45,134 nucleotides of DNA from Anaerolineae bacterium (GTDB lineage: Bacteria > Chloroflexota > Anaerolineae > S140-20): assembly GCA_027021705.1 (NCBI GenBank), contig JALUTT010000067.1:1-45134 (forward strand). The letters are read 5' to 3'. The notes beneath the pieces are model-generated. The model was not told the origin of the DNA. It saw only the letters and a program-made list of their open reading frames with translations, and did no database searches. How positions within the stretch are numbered: the stretch's first letter is position 1; each line of letters starts with the position of its first letter. Below are positions 8,516-16,780 of this stretch, piece by piece. The translations under genes were made by a program, and so were the position numbers.

Positions 8516-9214
8516 GTGGAAGTCGTTCTCGAAGGACTGCAGCAGGCGTTCTGGCTGATCTTGCGGCGGGACCCGGCGGTCGTCGAGATCACCCTACGCA
8601 CGCTCCAGGTCTCCGGGACGGCGACGCTGATCAGCCTGTTGCTGGGGGTGCCGCTGGGCACGGCGTTGGCCCTGGGGCGCTTTCCCGGTCGCCGCCTGGT
8701 GGTCAGCCTGGTCAACACAGGGATGGGGCTGCCGCCGGTGGTGGTGGGGCTCTTCGTGGCCCTGATGCTATGGCGCAGCGGCCCTCTGGGGAGGCTGGGC
8801 CTGATCTACACCCCGCTGGCGATGGTGATCGCCCAGGCGGTGATCGCCGCGCCCATCGTGGCCGGGGTCAGCCTGGCCGCCATCCAGCAACTGGACCCCC
8901 GCCTGCACTTGCAGCTTCTGGGGCTGGGGGCCTCGCGGGGGCAGTTGGTGCTCGTCCTCTGGTGGGAGGCCCGTCGGTCGCTGATGGCCGCAGCGATGGC
9001 CGGCTTCGGTGGGGCCATCTCCGAAGTCGGCGCTTCGATGATGGTCGGCGGCAACATCGTCGGCCAGACGCGGGTGCTGACGACGGCGACGGTGCTGGAG
9101 ACGAGCAAGGGGAACTTCGACCTGGCGATGGCCCTCGGCCTGATCCTCCTGCTCCTGGCCTACTTGGTCACGCTGGCGATGACCTGGCTCCAGCAGAGCG
9201 GGAGGACGGGATGA
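8516..9214 (+). CDS. tupB: Tungstate ABC transporter permease
   Basis: MGLPPVVVGL and ISEVGASMMVGGNI...TRVLTT motifs. Confidence 0.92.
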   Translation: MEVVLEGLQQAFWLILRRDPAVVEITLRTLQVSGTATLISLLLGVPLGTALALGRFPGRRLVVSLVNTGMGLPPVVVGLFVALMLWRSGPLGRLGLIYTPLAMVIAQAVIAAPIVAGVSLAAIQQLDPRLHLQLLGLGASRGQLVLVLWWEARRSLMAAAMAGFGGAISEVGASMMVGGNIVGQTRVLTTATVLETSKGNFDLAMALGLILLLLAYLVTLAMTWLQQSGRTG

Positions 9215-10332
9215 GCAAGCCGGTCCTCTCCCTGCGCGATGTGCGGGTGGAGTACGGCGGGCGGTCGGTGCTGGAGGTCCCGGCCTTGGATGTGTGCTCT
9301 GGAGAGGTGCTGGCCGTCATCGGTCCCAACGGGGCGGGCAAGAGCACGTTGCTCCAGGTGATGGCGGGCCTGCGCTCCCCCGGCGCGGGGGTGCTGCGCT
9401 TCCGGGGCCAGACCGTCCGGCCCGGCGACCTAGGCTATCGCCGGCGCATCGCCCTGGTGCTCCAGGACCCGATGCTGCTGGATGCCTCGGTGCTGACCAA
9501 CGTGACGTTGGGGCTGCGCTTCCGACGCTGGCCGAGGCGGAAGGCGGTCGGGCGAGCTATGGGCTGGTTGGAGCGGCTGGGGGTGGCTCACCTGGCCCAC
9601 CGGTCGGCCCGCACCCTCTCCGGCGGCGAGGCCCAGCGGGTCAGCCTGGCCCGGGCGCTGGTGCTGGAGCCGGAGCTGCTCCTACTGGACGAACCCTTCA
9701 GCGCCCTGGATGCGCCCACCCGAGTGGCTCTCCTAGACGATCTGCAGGGCCTGCTGCGGGAGACCCGGACGACGACGGTCTTCGTCACCCACGATCAGGA
9801 CGAGGCATTGCGGCTGGGGGATCGGATCGCAGTGCTCTTGGGAGGACGGCTGCGGCAGTTGGATGTGCCGGAGCGGGTCTTCGCGGCGCCGGCCGACGCC
9901 GAGGTGGCGGCCTTCGTGGGGATGGAGACGATCCTGACGGGCCGGGTCGTCGCCGTGGAGAACGGGATGGCGCTGGTGCAGGTGGGCTCGCAGCGGGTGG
10001 AGGTGCCGGTCACGGCGGGGATGCGGCCGGCAGGACCTGAGCCGGTCCCACCCTTGCAGGAGGGAAGCGAGGTGCTGCTGGGCATCCGTCCCGAGGATGT
10101 GACGCTGGCACCGGGGGAGACGCCCTTGTTGCCCAGCAGTGCCCGCAACCGCTTCCGGGGGCGGGTCACGCGGGTCGTGCCCCAAGGTCGCCTCTACCAC
10201 GTGACGGTGGCCTGCGGCTTCCCCTTGGTCGCCGTCGTCACCCCCCGTTCGGTGCGGGAGCTGGCGCTGAGGGAGGGGCGGGAGGTGGTCGTCGCCTTCA
10301 AGGCCACCGCCGTGCACGTCATCCGCCGCTGA
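9211..10332 (+). CDS. tupC: Tungstate ABC transporter ATP-binding protein with C-terminal TOBE domains
   Basis: GPNGAGKS, LSGGE, LLLDEP, SSARN..G TOBE motif. ATG at 9211 overlaps the tupB stop (ATGA). Confidence 0.88.
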   Translation: MSKPVLSLRDVRVEYGGRSVLEVPALDVCSGEVLAVIGPNGAGKSTLLQVMAGLRSPGAGVLRFRGQTVRPGDLGYRRRIALVLQDPMLLDASVLTNVTLGLRFRRWPRRKAVGRAMGWLERLGVAHLAHRSARTLSGGEAQRVSLARALVLEPELLLLDEPFSALDAPTRVALLDDLQGLLRETRTTTVFVTHDQDEALRLGDRIAVLLGGRLRQLDVPERVFAAPADAEVAAFVGMETILTGRVVAVENGMALVQVGSQRVEVPVTAGMRPAGPEPVPPLQEGSEVLLGIRPEDVTLAPGETPLLPSSARNRFRGRVTRVVPQGRLYHVTVACGFPLVAVVTPRSVRELALREGREVVVAFKATAVHVIRR

Positions 10333-10338
10333 CGCCGG

Positions 10339-10367
10339 TTGACCGGCCTCCGGGAGTGCGGTATACT
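10339..10367 (+). promoter_or_regulatory. Sigma70 promoter
   Basis: TTGACC-N17-TATACT. Confidence 0.65.
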
Positions 10368-10411
10368 TCGTGCAGAGCCGACGGGCAAGAAGATGCCAGG
10401 GAGGTGTAAGG

Positions 10412-11011
10412 GTGCCGGAGATCGCAGAGATCCAGGAGCGTGTAAGCGATTTGGAGGCGGTGCTCGCCCGGTTTATCGTGCGCACCGAGCAGATTCTGGA
10501 GCGGATGGAGATTGAGGCCAAGCGGGATCGGCGAGAGTGGAACAAACGGTGGGGCGAGTTGGCCAATCGGTTGGGGACGGTCGTCGAGGACATCGTGGCT
10601 CCCAACATCCCTCGGATCGCTCAAGACTACTTTGGCCTCCTGGAGATCGAGGACTTTATGGTCCGCCGCAAGGTCCGGCATAAGCGGGATCGAGCCCGGC
10701 GACGGGAGTTCGACGTGATCGCCGTGGGGGAAGACTGGGTGATCATCAACGAGACGAAGGCGACGCCGAGGATCGAGTACATCCACGACTTCGTCAAAGC
10801 GCTGGAGGAGATCGAGGATTACTTGCCGGAGTACCGGGGGAAGCGGATCATCCCGATCTTCGCGTCCCTGTATATGGGCGAGGATGTGGTGAACTACCTG
10901 ACCCGGCACCGGATCTACGCGATGGCGATGGGCGATGAGACGATGGACCTGCTTAACTTCGCGGCCTTGGGCGATGAGGGGGTCCGGCGGCCTCGGACCT
11001 CGCCAGAGTGA
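10412..11011 (+). CDS. Coiled-coil plus PD-(D/E)XK nuclease-fold protein (DUF3782-like)
   Basis: GGAGGT SD and GTG at 10412; WGELANRLGTVVEDIVAP, EFDVIA...INETK (D...ExK). Confidence 0.65.
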   Translation: MPEIAEIQERVSDLEAVLARFIVRTEQILERMEIEAKRDRREWNKRWGELANRLGTVVEDIVAPNIPRIAQDYFGLLEIEDFMVRRKVRHKRDRARRREFDVIAVGEDWVIINETKATPRIEYIHDFVKALEEIEDYLPEYRGKRIIPIFASLYMGEDVVNYLTRHRIYAMAMGDETMDLLNFAALGDEGVRRPRTSPE

Positions 11012-11087
11012 GACAGAGGAGGACCGGTGAGAGAGGGGCACGCGGCCTTTGTGGCCCGGCTGAAGGCTCGCGGAGGGTGAGTTGGCG

Positions 11088-11315
11088 ATGTTTGACGAAG
11101 TGGGCAAGGGGCTGATCCTGATGGGGGTGATCCTGGTCCTGCTGGGCGGCCTTCTCTGGCTGGCCGGCAGGGTGCCTTTTCTCGGACGGCTCCCCGGCGA
11201 CATCCACATCCAGCGGGACGGCTTCTCCTGTTTCTTCCCGCTGGCGACCTCCCTCCTGCTCAGCCTTCTGTTGACCCTCTTGCTCAACCTGCTCCTGCTG
11301 TTGGGGCGGAAGTAG
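11088..11315 (+). CDS. DUF2905 family small membrane protein
   Basis: LGRLPGDI...FFPLATSLLLS motif; immediately upstream of queA. Confidence 0.85.
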   Translation: MFDEVGKGLILMGVILVLLGGLLWLAGRVPFLGRLPGDIHIQRDGFSCFFPLATSLLLSLLLTLLLNLLLLLGRK

Positions 11316-11316
11316 A

Positions 11317-12393
11317 ATGCGAACGGACGAGTTTGACTACCACCTCCCGCCGGAGTTGATCGCCCAGAAGCCGGTGGAGCCCCGAGACGCCTCCCGCCTG
11401 ATGGTCCTCAACCGGGCCGATGGCTCCATCACCCATCGCATCTTCCGCGAGATCGGGGCCTACCTCCGGCCCGGCGACCTGCTGGTGTTGAACGAGAGCC
11501 GGGTGATCCCGGCCCGCCTCTTCGCCCGCAAGGTGCCCACCGGCGGACGGGTGGAGATGCTGTTGCTGAACCCGGAGGGGGAGGACGGGCGGTGGCGGGT
11601 TCTGGTCAAGGGGCGGCGGGTTCGGCCGGGGACGCGGTTGGCCCTCACCGCCGGCCCGGAACCGGAGAGCCCGACCATTGATGTGGAAGCGACCGTCGTC
11701 GCCGAGGGGGAGCGGGGGGAGCGGGTCGTCGTCTTCAGCCGGCCTGTGGAGACCTTCTTGGAGCAGGTCGGCGTCATCCCGCTGCCGCCCTACATCCACG
11801 AGCCGCTGGCCGACCCGGAGCGCTACCAGACCGTCTACGCCCGGCGACCGGGATCGGTGGCGGCACCCACCGCCGGCCTCCATTTCACACCTGAGCTGCT
11901 CTTGTCCTTGCGGGAACAGGGGGTTCAGTTCGCCTACGTGACGTTGCACATCGGTCTGGATACCTTCCGCCCGGTGAGCACCGAGCGGGTGGAGAACCAC
12001 AAGATGCACAGCGAGTGGTGTCGGTTGAGCCCGGAGACCGCGTCGCTGATCAACCGGGCGAAGCTGGAGGGGCGGCGGGTGGTTGCCGTGGGGACGACGG
12101 CGGTGCGGGTGCTGGAGACGGCAGCTCAGCGGGCGCTGGCTCAGTGCGGGGGTGAGGCGTGTGCCTGGCAGGCGGTGGTCGCCTTCGAGGGGGCGACCGA
12201 CCTCTTCATCACGCCGGGGTATCGTTTCCGGGCGGTGGACGCCCTCATCACCAACTTCCACCTGCCCCGTTCAACGCTGCTGATGCTGGTGGCCGCTTTT
12301 GCCGGGCTGGACCTGATCCGCCGGGCCTACGCGGAGGCAATCGCCCGCCGTTATCGTTTCTACAGTTTTGGGGATGCGATGCTCATCTTGTAG
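11317..12393 (+). CDS. queA: S-adenosylmethionine:tRNA ribosyltransferase-isomerase
   Basis: FDYHLPPELIAQ, PLPPYI, YQTVYA, AAPTAGLHFT, TNFHLPRSTL and YSFGDAM motifs. Confidence 0.97.
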   Translation: MRTDEFDYHLPPELIAQKPVEPRDASRLMVLNRADGSITHRIFREIGAYLRPGDLLVLNESRVIPARLFARKVPTGGRVEMLLLNPEGEDGRWRVLVKGRRVRPGTRLALTAGPEPESPTIDVEATVVAEGERGERVVVFSRPVETFLEQVGVIPLPPYIHEPLADPERYQTVYARRPGSVAAPTAGLHFTPELLLSLREQGVQFAYVTLHIGLDTFRPVSTERVENHKMHSEWCRLSPETASLINRAKLEGRRVVAVGTTAVRVLETAAQRALAQCGGEACAWQAVVAFEGATDLFITPGYRFRAVDALITNFHLPRSTLLMLVAAFAGLDLIRRAYAEAIARRYRFYSFGDAMLIL

Positions 12394-12421
12394 AGATGCA
12401 CAATCCACGTAGAGTCTGGCG

Positions 12422-12883
12422 TTATTGGGGGAAGTCGGTGTGTTCTCCTACCCAATGGGCCCAGGTTACCCCTAGCTGGTGGGCGCGGGCTATCAGGCGG
12501 CGATCAGTGCTCCAGAATTCGACGCTCAAACGCTCAGCCAGAGCCAAGTAGAAGGCATCGTAGGCTCGCTTCTGCCTTAGACGGCCAGCCCAGATCAGCG
12601 CGCTTTGGGCCAGCGTGGTATCTGGGATAAACGTTATAGGCAATTGGAGCATGCGGTTCAGGGCTCGTTCAGCCTCTGCTGGCGTTAGGATGCGTTCCCA
12701 AATAGCTCGACGCAAGCCTGAGGTAACTTCTGCTACCCAAAGGTGGGGCGCACACAGGGGCCTTTGTTCTTCTATCCATTGACGCCATAAGGAGTGGACG
12801 GCATCTTGATAGGGATGGGGGAAGACGGTGACTAGGAAAAGACCGGCGTCAATGACCACCGAGTAGCTCTTCGAAGATCTCAT
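12422..12883 (-). CDS. vapC: PIN-domain VapC toxin (start may be GTG at 12859)
   Basis: VVIDA, AEV, AYDAFYLALAE and FWSTD acidic PIN motif; overlaps the upstream antitoxin. Confidence 0.85.
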   Translation of the reverse strand: MRSSKSYSVVIDAGLFLVTVFPHPYQDAVHSLWRQWIEEQRPLCAPHLWVAEVTSGLRRAIWERILTPAEAERALNRMLQLPITFIPDTTLAQSALIWAGRLRQKRAYDAFYLALAERLSVEFWSTDRRLIARAHQLGVTWAHWVGEHTDFPQ

Positions 12884-13163
12884 CTGTACGCTCTTGGCGC
12901 ATTTGGGTGAGCCAATCCTCCGGCCACGGACCCGGCCACCGCGCCCGGATTTCCTCACTTAGAGCGAACAAGTCTTCCAGCGCTTCTCGAGCCCGTTGCC
13001 ACCGATGCTGTTCGTCCTCCAGCGCTTGGTCCAGGAACTCTCGGATAACCTGACTCACGCTGACCCGCTCGCCTTGCTGCAGGCTGCGGGTACGGGCCAG
13101 TGCACGTAGCTGTTCGTATTGCCTATGCTCCAGCAAAATCTGGACTCGGTGATAGTCGTTCAT
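12849..13163 (-). CDS. Putative ribbon-helix-helix antitoxin (VapB-like)
   Basis: RVQILLE...SVSQVIREFLDQAL RHH pattern; directly upstream of and overlapping the PIN gene. Confidence 0.7.
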   Translation of the reverse strand: MNDYHRVQILLEHRQYEQLRALARTRSLQQGERVSVSQVIREFLDQALEDEQHRWQRAREALEDLFALSEEIRARWPGPWPEDWLTQMRQERTDEIFEELLGGH

Positions 13164-13208
13164 CTCTTCTTGATCCCTAGTTGTCTGCCTGACGGTTCCC
13201 CACACTTC

Positions 13209-13237
13209 ATTATACACTCATCTTGCTCTTCCGCAAA
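13209..13237 (-). promoter_or_regulatory. Sigma70 promoter of the TA operon
   Basis: Minus strand TTGCGG-N16-TATAAT. Confidence 0.6.
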
Positions 13238-13251
13238 CCCAGGCCTACCGA

Positions 13252-15762
13252 TCACTTGCGGGTCAGGTAGGCTCGCACCTCTTCGGCGCTCTCCATACCT
13301 AGCACGGCGCGGGCGATCTCTTGGGCTTCGGCTCTGGTAATCTGCCGGATGGCCTGCTTGACGGCAGGGATGGCCGGCGGGTTCATGCTGAACTCGTCCA
13401 GCCCCAGCCCCAGCAGGACCGGCGCGGCCAGAGGATCGCCGGCCAGCTCTCCGCAGAGCCCCACCCAGATGCCGGCGGCGTGGGCCGCATCAATCACCGC
13501 CTTGATGAGGCGGAGCACGGCCGGCTGGAGCCCGTCAGCCAGCTCCGCCACCTGGGCGTTGGTCCGGTCGGCGGCCATCGTGTACTGGCTCAGGTCGTTG
13601 GTGCCGATGCTGAAGAAATCCACCTCCTGAGCCAGTTGCTCGGCCTGCAACGCCGCTGCCGGCACCTCGATCATAATCCCCACCTCCATCTCCTCGTCGA
13701 AGGGGATCCCCTCTTGGCGAAGTTCGTCCTGGGCCTGGCTCAAGATCTCGCGGGCGGCCCGCACCTCTTCCACCGTCGAAACCATCGGGAACATCACCTT
13801 GATCTGGTGATCCGGGCTGGCCCGCAGGATAGCCCGAAGCTGAGTCCTGAGGATCTCCGGTCGGTCCAGGCAGAGGCGGATCCCCCGCCAGCCGAGGAAG
13901 GGGTTGGTCTCCTCGCCCAGGTCCAAGTAAGGGATGGGCTTGTCCCCGCCCACGTCCAGAGTGCGGATGATGAGGGGGCGCTGGCCCATCACCTGGGCGA
14001 TGGCCCGGTAGGCGGTCAACTGTTCTTCCTCAGAGGGGGCAGTCTCCCGGTCCAGGTAGAGGAACTCGGTGCGCAGCAGCCCTACCCCTTCGGCTCCGTA
14101 TTCGAGGGCCACCCGGGCGTCGGCCACGCCCCGGATGTTGGCGACGACCTCGACGCGATGGCCGTCCAGGGTGACGGCCGGGGCCTGTCCGGCGGCTCGG
14201 GCGGCTTCTTGCCGGGCCAGCCAGGCCCGCCGTCGGGCTTGGAACTGGTCTAACGTCGCCTCGTCGGGATCCACGTGGATCAGGCCGGCATCGCCGTCCA
14301 GGGCCAGCATCGTCTCCGGCGCGAGGCGCAGGAGGTCTGGCCCCACGCCGACGACGGCCGGGATGCCCAAGGCTCGGGCTAGGATGGCGCTGTGAGAGGT
14401 AGCCCCGCCCAGGGCGGTGGCGATGCCCAGGACCTTCTCCACATCGAGCTGGGCGGTGTCCGAGGGGGTTAGGTCGGCGGCGATGAGGATGCCAGGCTGT
14501 TCCAGATGGGGCCGGGCGTGGCGCACACCGGCCAGCAGCCGGAGCACTCGGTGACCCACGTCGGCCACGTCCCCGGCCCGGGCCTGGAGGTACGGGTCAT
14601 CCAGCGCCTGGTAGGCGGCAACCATTGCCTCCACGGCTTCCTGCCAGGCAGCTTCGGCGTTGATGTGGGCCTCTCGAATGCGGGCGTAGGCGGCTTCTAC
14701 CAGGGCCGGGTCATCCAAGAAGAGGAGGTGGGCATCGAAGATGGCAGCTTCGTAGTCGCCCACCTGGGCTGCGGCTTGAACGCGCAGGGTCTGGATCTCC
14801 TGGCGGGCTGTCTGGATGGCTCCGCGTAGCCGTTTGACCTCGGCCTCCGGGTCCTCTACCGAACGGCGGTCAACCTCTGGGAGGGTGGGCTCGTAGAGGT
14901 AGGCGGGACCGATGGCGATGCCCGGCGAGGCCGGGATACCCCGCAGTTGGCCGGGGAGCAGGGCGGTCACTGGGGGGGCTTCGGCGGTCGGGGTGGGGGG
15001 AAGGGCAGCCTCAATCTCTTCAGGTTCGCCGAAGTTGTTCTCTACCAGAGCAGTGAGCGCTTCCAGGGCGGCCTCGGCGTCCTCTCCCCAGGCGGCGATG
15101 GCGATCTGGTGGCCCTGGCGGACCCCCAGCGTGGCCACCTGGTTGATGCTCTTGGCGCTGACGGGGGCGGTCTGCCGGGTGAGGTTGCGGACGGTGATCT
15201 CGGCCCGATAGCGGCCGGCGGTGGCGACGAAGAGGGCTGCCGGTCGGGCGTGGAGCCCCAGCCGGTTGCGGACGGTGAGGACCACCTCCCGGGCAGGTGC
15301 TTCGGTAGGGGGCATCACGGACAAGGCGGTCGGGGGGATGGCCTCGGGGAAGCGATCGCGGAGCTGGGCGATCTTGCCGGCCAGGGCGTTGCGGGCTTCA
15401 GCGGCGACGGCTTCGAGGGAGCTGCCGGCGGCGGCTTGGACGGCGGCGGCGATGGCTCCTTCCACCAGGGGGGCTTCGCATAGCCGAACGTGTTTCCGCT
15501 GTTCTGGGGAGAGGAAGTCCAGCGCCATCTCGGCGCTCAGCAGGGCGCTCCCCAGGTCCATCAAGACCAGGACACCGTCCTCGCTGTAGACAGACTCGAT
15601 GGCCTGCTGCACGCGCAGCGCATCGGTCCCGAAGGGGTTCTTGGGGTCGTCCACACCGCCTGCCGCGGCCAAGGGAACCTGCCCCTGAACCATTTGATCC
15701 GCCAGTTCCCGCACCCCCTCGGCCAGTTGGGCGCTGTGGGCGACGATCACAATCCCAACCAT
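13252..15762 (-). CDS. dhaM: Multidomain PTS phosphoryl donor: DhaM (EIIA-like) + HPr + complete Enzyme I
   Basis: N-terminal MVGIVIVAHS and DLGSA (DhaM); GLHARP (HPr); TSHSAI, GLLRTEFL, RTLDVGGDK, FSIGTNDL and GLCGE (EI). Confidence 0.92.
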   Translation of the reverse strand: MVGIVIVAHSAQLAEGVRELADQMVQGQVPLAAAGGVDDPKNPFGTDALRVQQAIESVYSEDGVLVLMDLGSALLSAEMALDFLSPEQRKHVRLCEAPLVEGAIAAAVQAAAGSSLEAVAAEARNALAGKIAQLRDRFPEAIPPTALSVMPPTEAPAREVVLTVRNRLGLHARPAALFVATAGRYRAEITVRNLTRQTAPVSAKSINQVATLGVRQGHQIAIAAWGEDAEAALEALTALVENNFGEPEEIEAALPPTPTAEAPPVTALLPGQLRGIPASPGIAIGPAYLYEPTLPEVDRRSVEDPEAEVKRLRGAIQTARQEIQTLRVQAAAQVGDYEAAIFDAHLLFLDDPALVEAAYARIREAHINAEAAWQEAVEAMVAAYQALDDPYLQARAGDVADVGHRVLRLLAGVRHARPHLEQPGILIAADLTPSDTAQLDVEKVLGIATALGGATSHSAILARALGIPAVVGVGPDLLRLAPETMLALDGDAGLIHVDPDEATLDQFQARRRAWLARQEAARAAGQAPAVTLDGHRVEVVANIRGVADARVALEYGAEGVGLLRTEFLYLDRETAPSEEEQLTAYRAIAQVMGQRPLIIRTLDVGGDKPIPYLDLGEETNPFLGWRGIRLCLDRPEILRTQLRAILRASPDHQIKVMFPMVSTVEEVRAAREILSQAQDELRQEGIPFDEEMEVGIMIEVPAAALQAEQLAQEVDFFSIGTNDLSQYTMAADRTNAQVAELADGLQPAVLRLIKAVIDAAHAAGIWVGLCGELAGDPLAAPVLLGLGLDEFSMNPPAIPAVKQAIRQITRAEAQEIARAVLGMESAEEVRAYLTRK

Positions 15763-15768
15763 AGCTCC

Positions 15769-15828
15769 TCGCGTGTTACGTGTTGTGGGTTGTGGGTTGC
15801 GTATTGCTACGTGCTACGTGTTGCGTTA
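15769..15828. repeat. Degenerate heptamer array (TTGCGTG-like)
   Basis: tcgcgtg ttacgtg ttgtggg ttgtggg ttgcgta ttgctacgtg ctacgtg ttgcgtta, between pfpI and dhaM. Confidence 0.7.
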
Positions 15829-16350
15829 TGGTTCGGCGATGGCGGCGATGAGTTCACGACAGAAGGCCGGGATGTCTTCCACGACCCGCCCCCAGACGAG
15901 GTTGCCGTCCCGGAAGGCGGCCTCGTCCACCCAGGTGGCCCCGGCGTTCAGCAGGTCGTCTTTGATGCCGGTGGATCCGACGGCCCGATGTCCTTTCACG
16001 ATGCCGGCGGAGATCAGGACCCACCCCCCGTGGCAGATGGAACCGATGATCTTACCCTGCCGATAGGCGGTGCGCACCAATTCCAGGACGGCGGGAAAGC
16101 GGCGTAGTTTGTCGGGAGCCCAGCCACCGGGCACGACCAGGGCGTCGAAATCGTCGGCCGAGACCTGGTCGGCGGTGACGTCAGGCGTGGCCTCCAGGCA
16201 GTGCTTGCCCCGGAAGCGTTCGGCCCGCCCGCTGCCGATCACCGTGACCTGGGCTCCTTCCTCCCGCAGGCGCATCACCGGCACCCAGAACTCCAGGTCC
16301 TCAAATCCTTCTTCGACAAAGACTCCCACTCGCTTGTTCTGGAGGCGCAT
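15826..16350 (-). CDS. DJ-1/PfpI family protein (type 1 glutamine amidotransferase-like; protease, deglycase or glyoxalase III)
   Basis: FEDLE, PGGWAPD and ICHG nucleophile motif; ATG at 16350. Confidence 0.9.
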   Translation of the reverse strand: MRLQNKRVGVFVEEGFEDLEFWVPVMRLREEGAQVTVIGSGRAERFRGKHCLEATPDVTADQVSADDFDALVVPGGWAPDKLRRFPAVLELVRTAYRQGKIIGSICHGGWVLISAGIVKGHRAVGSTGIKDDLLNAGATWVDEAAFRDGNLVWGRVVEDIPAFCRELIAAIAEP

Positions 16351-16365
16351 AGCATCCACTCCACC

Positions 16366-16394
16366 TTGACGAACTAAAAGCCTTCCGGTATCAT
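16366..16394 (+). promoter_or_regulatory. Sigma70 promoter
   Basis: TTGACG-N17-TATCAT. Confidence 0.6.
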
Positions 16395-16426
16395 TGGAAG
16401 CAGAGAAACCCTTGGAGGAGGAAAAC

Positions 16427-16672
16427 ATGACTTCCGATGAGCTGAAAGAACGGATTGTCGAAGCCTTAGAGACGCTTCCTCCTGAGGCATTGCAGGAGCT
16501 GGTCAACTATTTGGATTACATTCGGTTCAAGCTCCAACTTGGCCAGGAACCCTCCTCGTCAGAAGCAGCATCAGGGCTAGAGGGCATCTTGGAGGGTTAT
16601 CGCTTTTCAGCGGAAGAGATTGAGCAAGCGCGGCGTGAGATGTGGGGCGGTCTTGGAGAGAATCTGCTGTGA
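16427..16672 (+). CDS. Small putative antitoxin (DUF2281-like)
   Basis: GGAGGAGG SD; LPPEALQELVNYLDYIRFK...LEGIL...EEIEQARREMW pattern; followed by a PIN remnant. Confidence 0.7.
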   Translation: MTSDELKERIVEALETLPPEALQELVNYLDYIRFKLQLGQEPSSSEAASGLEGILEGYRFSAEEIEQARREMWGGLGENLL

Positions 16673-16780
16673 ACCGCTATGTATCGCATCATTACAGCAA
16701 CGGCTTATAAGCTTCGACTCCCCTTGATCACCCGAGACCGGCATATACAGCAGGTGCACTTGGTTACTACCGTTTGGTAG
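16669..16780 (+). pseudogene. Internally deleted VapC/PIN toxin remnant
   Basis: GTG overlapping the antitoxin stop gives MNRYV; a shifted frame then gives [31 protein letters not shown], a typical PIN C-terminus. Confidence 0.75.
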
